A stretch of DNA of 44,775 nucleotides from a virus. This document shows, piece by piece, positions 1-8,243 of the stretch; position 1 is the first letter of the stretch; the number at the start of each line of letters is the position of its first letter. The notes beneath the pieces were generated by a model. The model ran no database searches. It saw only the letters and a list, made by a program, of their open reading frames with translations, and was not told the origin of the DNA. Both the position numbers and the translations under genes were made by a program. The stretch covers positions 1 through 44,775 of the IMG/VR virus record IMGVR_UViG_3300029532_000007; one strand, written 5' to 3'.

Positions 1-99
1 CACCTGGTCGGATGACCTCGTGGACATCATCGGCTACAAGACCCCGGCGCCGAATCGAGCCTACGAGATCAATATCGAGGAACTCCGCGCAATCATCGA
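1..99. repeat. Terminal overlap copy A (identical to 44677-44775)
   Basis: Direct reading: cacctggtcggatgacctcgtgga...ccgcgcaatcatcga occurs at both ends. Confidence 0.95.
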
Positions 100-103
100 G
101 TAG
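1..103 (+). CDS. 3' end of the wrap-around tail-fibre-like ORF that starts at 44261
   Basis: Frame from ATG 44261 continues through the junction (..TWSDDLVDIIGYKTPAPNRAYEINIEELRAIIE*) to TAG 101-103. Confidence 0.75.
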   Translation, partial: TWSDDLVDIIGYKTPAPNRAYEINIEELRAIIE

Positions 104-105
104 CC

Positions 106-1545
106 ATGGATCGCAGACGAAGTTTGTTGAAGATCGCCGCGCTGCGCAGCGAACGCGAGCAGCAGGAGGGGGTGAATTGCACGAAAGGGTATCTCCAATT
201 ACAGAGCGCCGGACTGCTTTTCGAAGGCCCGCGAACTCTTGAGTGCCTTTTCAGGTACATCCCCAGCGATAAAATGCAAGTGATAGCCGGGTTTGGCATT
301 TCCATGATTGAAATTTATGCCCTGACGACAAATCAGCTTCGCGTCTATTGCGGGGGCGGAAACGCGACAGTAGACATTATTCCAGGGGATAGCTATCTTG
401 TTGATGTTGCCTACGACGGTACTACGGCGATATGCTATCTGAATGGGGCGGAGGCGGCTCGATTCCCGGTTACTGGATACAAGGTCATGGATTCATTCAG
501 GACCGGCAGCAATACATATATCCCCCAAGGCTCGCTCGTATTTTGCCGCCACTACAACTACGCCCTTTCCGCGGAAGAAGTAGCCGCACACTACAACGGC
601 GGTGATCCCGCAGGGTATGTGGTACCGTTAGCCGATAAATATCGTTGGGAAGCCTCTGAATCTAACATTGGAAATATCAGGTTCTATCCTAATAATGAAG
701 GGTCCGGTGTTACCTCTTATTTAGAGGATAATGCTAATGGTTTCACGGGTCGATACGCACATATAATTTCGGGATCGTCAGGTTTATTGTCGGTATACAG
801 CTATCGATTCATGGGGCATCCGGTCGGATGTGTTGTTGAAGCTAAATTCAAGTATCGTAGTAATGCTCCCGTACGCGTTCTGGCAGACAATAGTATTCTT
901 CCTATCAATATGGAGGATGCGGCTGACGCCACGATTGTATATCGCACAACAGGAACTAATATCACTGGTTTTAGTGTAACTGTACCAAATGCCGATGCAA
1001 ATTCATGGGTCGAAATTCAACCTGTGTCGTTACGAACGCTCGGCTGCATCGCCGAGTATTTGCCGCAGAACCTTGTGGGACAATGGCATGAGAAACCGTT
1101 TGAGCTCACGGGTATAACTACCTATACATGGACCGGAAAACCCGATGCTGTTTACTATCGGGAGCTTTTATTGGGAAGATTTATTCAAACGAGAGCGGTC
1201 GTGATGATTAAAGGTTCTGTGTCCGATTATCAAAGCGGAGAACCTTTTGTATATGTAGGGAATAGGCAGGCGATGATCCCTGCGCAAAATGGGAGTTTTA
1301 CGCTCAAGGTCATCAACAACCGGGACAATATCAACCGTATCTATTATTATGGCGGGACTGTGGGATCTGATCGACGGTTGACGATTACCATAAATAGTGT
1401 CGAGCTGATTCCCGATGTAGCCTTGTCCTGGCTCGACAGCGCCAAGCAGTTCCCGCTGAATGATGAATATCTTCCGCCGCTTTTGCAAAGCGACGGTGGG
1501 TATGACCTGACTGCGTCCGGAACGCCGGAAATAATCATCAAATAA
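106..1545 (+). CDS. Tail fibre / receptor-binding protein with LamG (concanavalin-A-like lectin) type domain
   Basis: 479-aa ORF starting 2 nt after the previous stop. The N-terminal ~170 aa (LECLFRYIPSDKMQVIAGF..LRVYCGGG..VAYDGTTAICYLNGAEA..LSAEEVAAHYNGG) resemble a LamG jelly-roll. It lies in the fibre block. Confidence 0.6.
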   Translation: MDRRRSLLKIAALRSEREQQEGVNCTKGYLQLQSAGLLFEGPRTLECLFRYIPSDKMQVIAGFGISMIEIYALTTNQLRVYCGGGNATVDIIPGDSYLVDVAYDGTTAICYLNGAEAARFPVTGYKVMDSFRTGSNTYIPQGSLVFCRHYNYALSAEEVAAHYNGGDPAGYVVPLADKYRWEASESNIGNIRFYPNNEGSGVTSYLEDNANGFTGRYAHIISGSSGLLSVYSYRFMGHPVGCVVEAKFKYRSNAPVRVLADNSILPINMEDAADATIVYRTTGTNITGFSVTVPNADANSWVEIQPVSLRTLGCIAEYLPQNLVGQWHEKPFELTGITTYTWTGKPDAVYYRELLLGRFIQTRAVVMIKGSVSDYQSGEPFVYVGNRQAMIPAQNGSFTLKVINNRDNINRIYYYGGTVGSDRRLTITINSVELIPDVALSWLDSAKQFPLNDEYLPPLLQSDGGYDLTASGTPEIIIK

Positions 1546-1555
1546 ACCGAAAACA

Positions 1556-1969
1556 ATGAACAACTACGCAAAACTGATCGACGGGCGTCTGAAGTACGCC
1601 CCTACAACAATCAGGACCGCCGAAGGGCTGGTCTGCAATCCCAGGCCGGACAAACTGATCCCGCTTGGATACAAAGAGGTGATCTTCGACGAGCATCCGG
1701 AACCGTCCGATCCGCCGAAGCATTACCGGGAGGTCTACACCGAAGAGGCGGACCGCATCCGGGTCGGCTGGGAAGAATACACGTCTGTACCGGAGCCGCA
1801 GCCCGATCCCGAACAACTCCGAGAGGCCGCCTACCGCGCCGAGGCGGACCAATATCTGATGGCCTACGAAGGCTACATTGCCGAGGGCAAGATACTCGAA
1901 GCGGACGAACAGAAAGCGCTGTACCTGGCCAAGAAGGCTGAGATCAGGGAGAGGTATCCGGACAAGTAA
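1556..1969 (+). CDS. Hypothetical protein downstream of tail fibres (possible fibre assembly/accessory protein)
   Basis: 137-aa ORF, 10 nt after the previous stop. No recognisable motif. Confidence 0.55.
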   Translation: MNNYAKLIDGRLKYAPTTIRTAEGLVCNPRPDKLIPLGYKEVIFDEHPEPSDPPKHYREVYTEEADRIRVGWEEYTSVPEPQPDPEQLREAAYRAEADQYLMAYEGYIAEGKILEADEQKALYLAKKAEIRERYPDK

Positions 1970-2017
1970 TGCAATCTGCAAGAACTCTTAATATTCCACA
2001 CTTTTACCATAGTATTC

Positions 2018-2377
2018 ATGGATTGGACTACGATCATCATTTCATTGGGCGGAGCGCTACTAACTGGCGGCGGAGCATTATCGCTTCTTTACTACAAAGA
2101 GAATCGACGAGCCAAGCAGATCGACAACGAGAAATCCATTATCGAGGAATGGCAGGGAGTAGCTAATGACAGGAAACTCCGGTGTGACGAATTGAAGGCC
2201 TCTTTGGATAACAAAGATCGCAAGATCGATGAACTTTACAAGGAGAATTCCGAGCTGCGTAAACGTAATGACAAGCTATCGTCTGCCAATACCGCGCTGT
2301 CAATATTCAAATGCAAAGTCGTCGGATGCGACAAGCGGCAACCGCCATTCGGGAAAAACGAAGCCTGTGAATCGTAA
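2018..2377 (+). CDS. Membrane-anchored coiled-coil protein, holin/spanin-like lysis candidate
   Basis: N-terminal TM segment (WTTIIISLGGALLTGGGALSLLYY) followed by a charged coiled coil. It sits immediately upstream of the putative endolysin. Confidence 0.5.
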   Translation: MDWTTIIISLGGALLTGGGALSLLYYKENRRAKQIDNEKSIIEEWQGVANDRKLRCDELKASLDNKDRKIDELYKENSELRKRNDKLSSANTALSIFKCKVVGCDKRQPPFGKNEACES

Positions 2378-2408
2378 ACCTAATGACTTAAATAAAATAG
2401 ATTGAGAT

Positions 2409-2825
2409 ATGACAACACCACGAGGACTTAGAAACAATAATCCGCTCAATATCGAAAAGACCAAAGGCGGCAACCCCTGGCAGGGCGAGATAGTGCCGTC
2501 CGGCGACAGCCGTTTCGCACAGTTCAGAACGATAGCTTACGGCTACCGTGCCGCCTTCAAACTGCTGAACAATTACCAGCGCAATTACGGTCTGGACACG
2601 ATACGCAAGATGATCGGCCGCTGGGCGCCGTCGAATGAAAACCACACGGACACCTATGTCCGTACCGTGGCGGAGAGATCGGGCGTACCAGCCGACAGTC
2701 GAATCACCACGACAAACCGGGATGTGATGGTGCCCATTGTGGCGGCGATGTCGTTTGTGGAGAACGGCGTTGATGCCAAGATGCTCGACGTACAGGCCGG
2801 ATGGGAACTATTTATCAAAGGATAA
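2409..2825 (+). CDS. Putative endolysin / cell-wall hydrolase family protein (RNNNP-x-NI motif family)
   Basis: 138 aa with N-terminal GLRNNNPLNIEK motif. I recall this motif from phage proteins annotated as structural protein P5 / peptidoglycan hydrolase. The position after a TM protein fits. Confidence 0.45.
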   Translation: MTTPRGLRNNNPLNIEKTKGGNPWQGEIVPSGDSRFAQFRTIAYGYRAAFKLLNNYQRNYGLDTIRKMIGRWAPSNENHTDTYVRTVAERSGVPADSRITTTNRDVMVPIVAAMSFVENGVDAKMLDVQAGWELFIKG

Positions 2826-2836
2826 AACGTATTATT

Positions 2837-3841
2837 ATGAGAATCAACTTATACAACGAAGATTGCCTGATTGGAATGAAGCGTATCCCCGATGCAAGTG
2901 TGGACTGCGTGCTGACCGACCCGCCGTACTTGTACCTCAAGAATCAGAAACTCGACCGTTCTTTCGATGAGCAGGCGTTTTTTGCAGAGGTAAAGCGGAT
3001 TTTGAAAAAAGATGGATTCATCGTAATGTTCGGACGCGGAACCTCCTTCTATCGCTGGAATACGATTTTGGCAGACCTTGGATTCAATTTCAAAGAGGAA
3101 ATCATCTGGGATAAATCTTATATCTCATCCCCATTGATGGCGATATCTCGTGTGCACGAAACCGTCTCGATATATACGAAGGGGAAGGGCACGATAAATC
3201 GCTGTAAGGTACCTTATCTGGAGGCGAAAGCGCATAATATTGACTCTATTATCGCTGACATCAAGCGATTATGCACTATTTTTCATAATCCAAAGTCATT
3301 AAAGGCCGTAGAGGATTTTTTGACACAAAATAAACTAAAATACGAGCCAGATAAACGCCGCAGATGTCACGTAACCGCGCAAACAGGCTTTGGCAGCGAA
3401 GATCGAAATGCCGCTGTCATGCGGGCAATGAGCGACGGATACACGGAAAAAAGTATTATCCGATCCGATTTATATAAATGTAGTACATCCAATAAACATA
3501 ATTTTCACGGTGATATGAGAGTAGGCGATCGATCATGTAATGTGATGCAATCTGTCGAGTTCGGTCAAAGCGAGAAATCCATCATCAAACAGCCCCGCGA
3601 TCACTATGCAACGATTCATCCTACGCAGAAGCCTGTGCGGCTGTTGGAACGCCTGCTTGCGCTCGTAACCAAAGAGGGCGATATAATACTCGATCCGTTT
3701 GCAGGTTCGGCCTCGACGGCCATTGCCTGCATGGATACGGGGAGGGATTTCATCGGATACGAGATCGACAAGGAGTATTATGTCAGAGCGATGGGTCGAA
3801 TTTCGAAACACCAACCGAAATTAGGTTTACAAACGGCATGA
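2837..3841 (+). CDS. Beta-class DNA methyltransferase (N6-adenine or N4-cytosine; N6_N4_Mtase type)
   Basis: Motif IV DPPY near the N-terminus (VDCVLTDPPYLY) and motif I at the C-terminus (ILDPFAGSASTAIAC..GRDFIGYEID). The start is moved to ATG 2837, after the upstream stop at 2825. Confidence 0.85.
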   Translation: MRINLYNEDCLIGMKRIPDASVDCVLTDPPYLYLKNQKLDRSFDEQAFFAEVKRILKKDGFIVMFGRGTSFYRWNTILADLGFNFKEEIIWDKSYISSPLMAISRVHETVSIYTKGKGTINRCKVPYLEAKAHNIDSIIADIKRLCTIFHNPKSLKAVEDFLTQNKLKYEPDKRRRCHVTAQTGFGSEDRNAAVMRAMSDGYTEKSIIRSDLYKCSTSNKHNFHGDMRVGDRSCNVMQSVEFGQSEKSIIKQPRDHYATIHPTQKPVRLLERLLALVTKEGDIILDPFAGSASTAIACMDTGRDFIGYEIDKEYYVRAMGRISKHQPKLGLQTA

Positions 3842-4521
3842 AAAAATATCTCTTCATCGCCCTGCTGATAGTTAGCGGGTTGTTGTGGCTGCAAACGGTG
3901 CGGTTGCGAGGTGAACGGTCCGAGCGCAAGCGCGTCCAGTCCAACAACGAGGTATTGACCGACAGCGTGGAGTTCTACCGGACGGCCAGCGGCAAACATG
4001 CCGCATCCCGGCAGATACTTGAACTCCGAACCGGAGAACTGGAGCGGTACAATGCGCAACTGGCCGCGCAGATCCGGGAGCTGCGGATCAAGGTCCGGCG
4101 GCTGGAGGCGGCGGCCACGACGGCCACGCGGACCGAGGTGCAGATCACGGCGCCCCTGGAACCCGCAGACCCGCAGTCGTCGTCAGCATGGGAGAAATAC
4201 GGCGCAGGGGTGCGGAGGGCTGCCGATTCGGTAAAGACGGCCCTTAACCGGAAATTCCCCGGACTGCCGAGCGTCCCCGAAGCGAAGGTTTTCAGATGGT
4301 CGGATCGCCATGTGAGCGTGGACGGCATAATCCGGGCTGATTCGGTGAGTTGCCAGGTTGTAAGCATCGACACACTCCAGCAGATTGTCCACCGGGTCCC
4401 GCGCCGGTTCCTGTTCATCCGATGGGGCACGAAGGCAATCCGGCAAGAGGTTGTATCGTCGAATCCGCATACCAACATTATCTATACCGAGTACATAGAA
4501 TTTAATAAAGGAAAGCGATGA
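3838..4521 (+). CDS. N-terminally membrane-anchored coiled-coil protein (function unknown; lysis- or envelope-associated?)
   Basis: 227 aa. Has the signal-anchor MKKYLFIALLIVSGLLWL, then an Arg/Glu-rich helix. The start overlaps the upstream stop (ATGA). Confidence 0.6.
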   Translation: MKKYLFIALLIVSGLLWLQTVRLRGERSERKRVQSNNEVLTDSVEFYRTASGKHAASRQILELRTGELERYNAQLAAQIRELRIKVRRLEAAATTATRTEVQITAPLEPADPQSSSAWEKYGAGVRRAADSVKTALNRKFPGLPSVPEAKVFRWSDRHVSVDGIIRADSVSCQVVSIDTLQQIVHRVPRRFLFIRWGTKAIRQEVVSSNPHTNIIYTEYIEFNKGKR

Positions 4522-4829
4522 AAATCATCTACAACAACATTATTCCATTCCCGGGATTTGCCGCCATAAACCTATTCGGGGTAATATTCGCCCGCAAAAA
4601 GTATCGCCCGCTGTCGGAAACAACCGTAAACCACGAAGCAATCCATACCGAGCAAATGAAAGAACTGCTGTATGTGGGATTCTACCTCTGCTACCTTGTC
4701 GAATGGATCGTGCGGCTGTTCATGAAAGGCAACGCCTACCGTAATATCTCCTTCGAAAGGGAGGCGTACAACTGCCAGCATATCCCCGGATATGCGCAAA
4801 TAAGGCAGCGGTTCGCACAATGGCGATAA
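4518..4829 (+). CDS. Small hydrophobic protein with HExxH motif (NHEAIHTEQ)
   Basis: 103-aa ORF overlapping the upstream stop. It has an HEAIH motif and hydrophobic segments. Confidence 0.55.
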   Translation: MKIIYNNIIPFPGFAAINLFGVIFARKKYRPLSETTVNHEAIHTEQMKELLYVGFYLCYLVEWIVRLFMKGNAYRNISFEREAYNCQHIPGYAQIRQRFAQWR

Positions 4830-4881
4830 ATTAATGTCTCTTGGGGATGGACATAAAAAGTCCCCAACGCTCCTCTCCATT

Positions 4882-4963
4882 ATACCACTAATGTGTGCCA
4901 TACGCACCGAGCATTGAGGACTATTCCTTAATTCGGGCGTATGGCTTTTTACATTAGTGGTAT
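4882..4963. repeat. Long imperfect inverted repeat / stem-loop in an intergenic region
   Basis: ataccactaatgt..gccatacgc (4882-4905) is complementary to gcgtatggc..acattagtggtat (4937-4963). Confidence 0.7.
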
Positions 4964-4988
4964 GTCAAATTTAAACTAAATATTTGAT

Positions 4989-5306
4989 ATGGAGATACGT
5001 AAAACCGAGATTTTTGCAAAAATACTCGATATTGTTGCAAATGAAACAGAATTGACATCCGAGCAAATCCTTTCGTGTTGTCGCACGGCCGAAACGGTTG
5101 ATGCCCGTTACATGCTCGCTCATCTATTGCGGCGCGAAGGTATATACATCAGCGAGATCGCCCGCATGATGCATTTCTCTCGCCGAGGGGTCGAAAAAAT
5201 GCTATCTCAATTCGACGACCGTCTTGCTCAAAGCGGGCCTTTATTCCAAATAACATTAAAACGCATTGCGAACAAAGTGCGCATAGCCTTCGAATCATCT
5301 CGTTGA
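4989..5306 (+). CDS. DnaA domain-IV-like helix-turn-helix DNA-binding protein
   Basis: 105 aa. The segment TAETVDARYMLAHLLRREGIYISEIARMMHFSRRGV resembles the DnaA C-terminal DNA-binding domain. Confidence 0.55.
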   Translation: MEIRKTEIFAKILDIVANETELTSEQILSCCRTAETVDARYMLAHLLRREGIYISEIARMMHFSRRGVEKMLSQFDDRLAQSGPLFQITLKRIANKVRIAFESSR

Positions 5307-5333
5307 CTACCCCAACGAACCGGGCCACCTTTG
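5302..5333 (+). promoter_or_regulatory. Candidate Bacteroidota-type promoter (GTTG-N20-CAccTTTG)
   Basis: It has the same architecture and spacing as the boxes at 29054-29085 and 42214-42245. It lies 67 nt upstream of ATG 5400. Confidence 0.45.
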
Positions 5334-5399
5334 CATTGTAGCTATCGGGATAGTCTGCCCCGCGTGCAGACATAGTTATCAATGTAAAACTCAAACATT

Positions 5400-6254
5400 A
5401 TGGGTTCGGACAAAACTTATATTTTCGACGGCGGCACCTCCGGGGGCGGCCTCGACATTGCGGCCCTCGTTTCCTCAATGATGGGGAACAAAGGGATGGA
5501 TCCAAATCTGGTTGCGGCTCTGATGAACGGCAACAATAACCGAGGCGCCTGGGGCGGCGACGGCTGTTGGTGGATATGGATTATCCTGCTGTTTTTCTGC
5601 TGGGGCGGGAACGGATTCGGAGGATTCGGCAACAATGGCGCTAACGGCCTTCCGGCACAGCTCAACAGCGACGCCGGGCGCGAACTGCTGATGAACGCCA
5701 TCCAGGGCAACGGCACCGCTATCAACCAACTGGCGGCATCGCTCAACTGCTCGACGCAGCAGATTCAATCGACGCTGTGCAGCATCGAAGGCAAACTCGG
5801 GATGTCGGGCCAGCAAATCATCAACGCTGTGCAGTCGATGGGATGCCAGATCGGCAATCAGATCGCCGAATGCTGCTGCAACGTTCGTCAGGACATCGTC
5901 AAGATGGGCTACGAAAATCAGCTCGCGACGATTAACCAGACCAATACGTTGCAATCTTCGGCAAGCACGCAGTTCAACATCCTCGGCGCCAAGATCGACG
6001 CGCAGACACAGATCATCAACGACCGATTCTGCCAGCTCGAAATGCGCGAAATGCAGAACAAGATCGACACGCTCCGTCAGGAAAACAGCAACCTTGCTTT
6101 GGCCGCTTCGCAGCAGGCTCAAACGGCTAACATCGTAAGCCAGCTGCGTCCGCCCTGCCCGGTTCCTGCATACATCGTGCAGAATCCGAATTGTTGCAAT
6201 ACGCCCACCGTGGCCGTAGCGGCAACCCCCGCGTGTGCAAGCACTTTATTTTAG
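5400..6254 (+). CDS. Gly/Asn/Gln/Cys-rich protein with one Trp-rich TM segment, unknown function
   Basis: 284 aa. It contains GGGLDIAAL, CWWIWIILLFFCWGGNGFGGFGNNG, an ECCCN cluster, a Q/N-rich coiled coil and a C-terminal PPCPVP..NPNCCN. Confidence 0.65.
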   Translation: MGSDKTYIFDGGTSGGGLDIAALVSSMMGNKGMDPNLVAALMNGNNNRGAWGGDGCWWIWIILLFFCWGGNGFGGFGNNGANGLPAQLNSDAGRELLMNAIQGNGTAINQLAASLNCSTQQIQSTLCSIEGKLGMSGQQIINAVQSMGCQIGNQIAECCCNVRQDIVKMGYENQLATINQTNTLQSSASTQFNILGAKIDAQTQIINDRFCQLEMREMQNKIDTLRQENSNLALAASQQAQTANIVSQLRPPCPVPAYIVQNPNCCNTPTVAVAATPACASTLF

Positions 6255-6272
6255 CAAAGAAAGGAGGCAAAC

Positions 6273-6785
6273 ATGTATCCTTTCCAAGCAGATATAAAGG
6301 TCGTCTTACCGCAAGGAGCACTCGTGCCTCGCGTTGACATCGGAGGTATATACACGCTCGCAACGACAGGCAAGGCCTCCGCAGGGGCCCAAACCGTAGA
6401 TTATGGTTTCAACCCATGCGCATGGAGGTTATTGCCCAACGAAGGCATTCTTCTCTGGAAGGTTCGCCATCCGGTTACAACGGAGGAGAGCGCATATGCC
6501 GTGAATGTCGTTGTCCCGACCTCCGGGCCGGCAAGAAGTACGGTAACGTCCCCTAACACGATCACCGGAACGTCCAAAGTTCCGGTAGTCGACAACAAGG
6601 GAACGCAGACCATCGGCAGCGACATTACGAATCCGACGGCAGGCGGCGAAGCGAGTGCCTACACGGAGCACCTGGTATACTTCAACAAATGCGCCGGAAC
6701 ATTCCGGTTGCTGGGCGTGAAGTCTACGACAGGAATCGAGGAAGCTAACAGCGAAGCAACGCAGGCAGCGGCAAAATCAAAGTAA
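6273..6785 (+). CDS. Hypothetical protein
   Basis: 170-aa ORF in the same-strand series, followed by a strong stem-loop. Confidence 0.6.
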   Translation: MYPFQADIKVVLPQGALVPRVDIGGIYTLATTGKASAGAQTVDYGFNPCAWRLLPNEGILLWKVRHPVTTEESAYAVNVVVPTSGPARSTVTSPNTITGTSKVPVVDNKGTQTIGSDITNPTAGGEASAYTEHLVYFNKCAGTFRLLGVKSTTGIEEANSEATQAAAKSK

Positions 6786-6796
6786 AACCGAAAGAA

Positions 6797-6820
6797 CGGG
6801 GAGGAGATCCCTTCTCCCCG
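6797..6820 (+). terminator. Strong stem-loop (10 bp, tetraloop) without a U-tract
   Basis: cggggaggag/atcc/cttctccccg, directly after the stop at 6785. Confidence 0.35.
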
Positions 6821-6843
6821 ACTTTCACAATCATTAACCAAAG

Positions 6844-7350
6844 ATGTTTCAGAACTTGAAGAAAGGCTCTTTAGTCTACGTTTTCGACAACAGGGAGAAA
6901 CCGAAGTATTACACAGCAGTAGTCAAAGATGTTTCGGCGCCTTATTTCCCGCCTCCCAAACAAGGGCAATTCACGCCGACACAGCAGTTTATCAACATTA
7001 CAATCGACGGCAACGAGCCGTGGGGTGTTCCTATGTTGGCAGACATAGTATCGAAAGACGGCCTTACTGTATCGACTTCGCGTGAAGGGCTAAAACCCAC
7101 AATCACCGAGGCGCAGCAGTTCAGTCGCGATATTGTCGAGTCTTATGACCGACATAAAGCCAACCTCGAAACGTATGACGAGATACTGCTGCAACTCGAC
7201 CCCGAGGCCGCCCGCACCAAAGAGTTGGAAGCCGAGAATCGGGAGTTGCGAAATTTGCTCGCCGGCATCAACGAACGGCTGAATAAGATTCCGACGACGG
7301 AAGAATTGAGGAGCCTTACCAAGGCTGAAACACCTGTAAAAACAAAGTGA
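6844..7350 (+). CDS. Hypothetical protein with C-terminal coiled coil
   Basis: 168-aa ORF. C-terminal heptad-like region ELEAENRELRNLLAGINERL. Confidence 0.6.
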   Translation: MFQNLKKGSLVYVFDNREKPKYYTAVVKDVSAPYFPPPKQGQFTPTQQFINITIDGNEPWGVPMLADIVSKDGLTVSTSREGLKPTITEAQQFSRDIVESYDRHKANLETYDEILLQLDPEAARTKELEAENRELRNLLAGINERLNKIPTTEELRSLTKAETPVKTK

Positions 7351-7625
7351 CTATGGGTTGGAGAATCATAGGCGAAGGCCGTGGCGGTTTTGACGGCGGC
7401 CACGAGGAGGAGATGGAGCGGGAGCTCGAGCGCGCATATCGGAAGGGGCGCGAGGATGAGCGCCGTGAAAGTCGTGAAAGCTACGGAGAGCGCGGCGGGT
7501 ACGGGCGCGGAAGCTACGGCGAGCGCGACGAGTATGACCGCGATGGGTATGATGACGATGACGGATACGGCGAACGCCGTGGGGTCAAAGGCACGGGACG
7601 TTATTCCCGCTATCGCAGGCGCTAA
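7347..7625 (+). CDS. Highly charged low-complexity (E/R/G/Y/D-rich) small protein
   Basis: 92 aa. It overlaps the upstream stop and has repeated YGERGGYGRGSYGERDEYDRDGYDDDDGYGERRG. Confidence 0.5.
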   Translation: MTMGWRIIGEGRGGFDGGHEEEMERELERAYRKGREDERRESRESYGERGGYGRGSYGERDEYDRDGYDDDDGYGERRGVKGTGRYSRYRRR

Positions 7626-7631
7626 ACCGGC

Positions 7632-7661
7632 GAGAGGGGCCGATGCGCCCCTCTCCTTTTT
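7632..7661 (+). terminator. Rho-independent terminator
   Basis: gagaggggc-cgatgc-gcccctctc followed by cTTTTT. Confidence 0.8.
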
Positions 7662-7673
7662 AAATTGTAAACT

Positions 7674-8075
7674 ATGGACAGATTAGATACATACGAGAAA
7701 TTTCCGGAAGGTTTCCGGGCGTATCTCGAAAACTACGGATGGCATTTTTCCAAGAAGATGTGCGAGTTCGCGGTATCCCGCATGAAGGATCGCAACGGCA
7801 AGAAGATCGAACCATACACCAAAGAAAAAGTAGATGCTCTGCTCAAGCAGTATGGCGTCGAACTCAAAAACGACAAAGGCTACGATTGCGTGTACGTCTG
7901 CAATATGGCGATCTCGGACTACCTTGGATCGTCAATACCTAACCAACAGTACTTGGCGATGTTCGTCAAAGACTATATCGACGACGAAGACGGCTATCCG
8001 GGATTGCCGTTCACGCGATACTATGCCGACACTATCGGCTCGGGGATTCCCATCATGTGGGAAGAAATGATGTAA
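7674..8075 (+). CDS. Hypothetical protein
   Basis: 133-aa ORF, the first gene after the terminator. No motif recognised. Confidence 0.6.
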   Translation: MDRLDTYEKFPEGFRAYLENYGWHFSKKMCEFAVSRMKDRNGKKIEPYTKEKVDALLKQYGVELKNDKGYDCVYVCNMAISDYLGSSIPNQQYLAMFVKDYIDDEDGYPGLPFTRYYADTIGSGIPIMWEEMM

Positions 8076-8078
8076 GCA

Positions 8079-8243
8079 ATGAAGAACATTGCTTCAATAG
8101 TCCGCAATTTGCCGACCGACAAGTATCAGGAGCTTGCCGGTGCCGTGAATGATGTACTGGAAAATAAGCGCTTCAACAGGGCGCAACGGCGAAAGCTGGC
8201 CCGCAGTTGGCGCAAATACGGGAAAAGAGAAGACGACCGATGA
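8079..8243 (+). CDS. Small basic hypothetical protein (54 aa)
   Basis: Hand-translated MKNIASIVRNLPTDKYQELAGAVNDVLENKRFNRAQRRKLARSWRKYGKREDDR*. It fills the gap and its stop overlaps the next start (ATGA). Confidence 0.45.
   Translation: MKNIASIVRNLPTDKYQELAGAVNDVLENKRFNRAQRRKLARSWRKYGKREDDR

Noticed and set aside
1-99. The 99-bp terminal repeat as a biological direct terminal repeat.
   Set aside because: An exact overlap of this size that falls in the middle of a coding sequence is more simply explained as the k-mer overlap of a circular assembly. Only read-start analysis could show otherwise.
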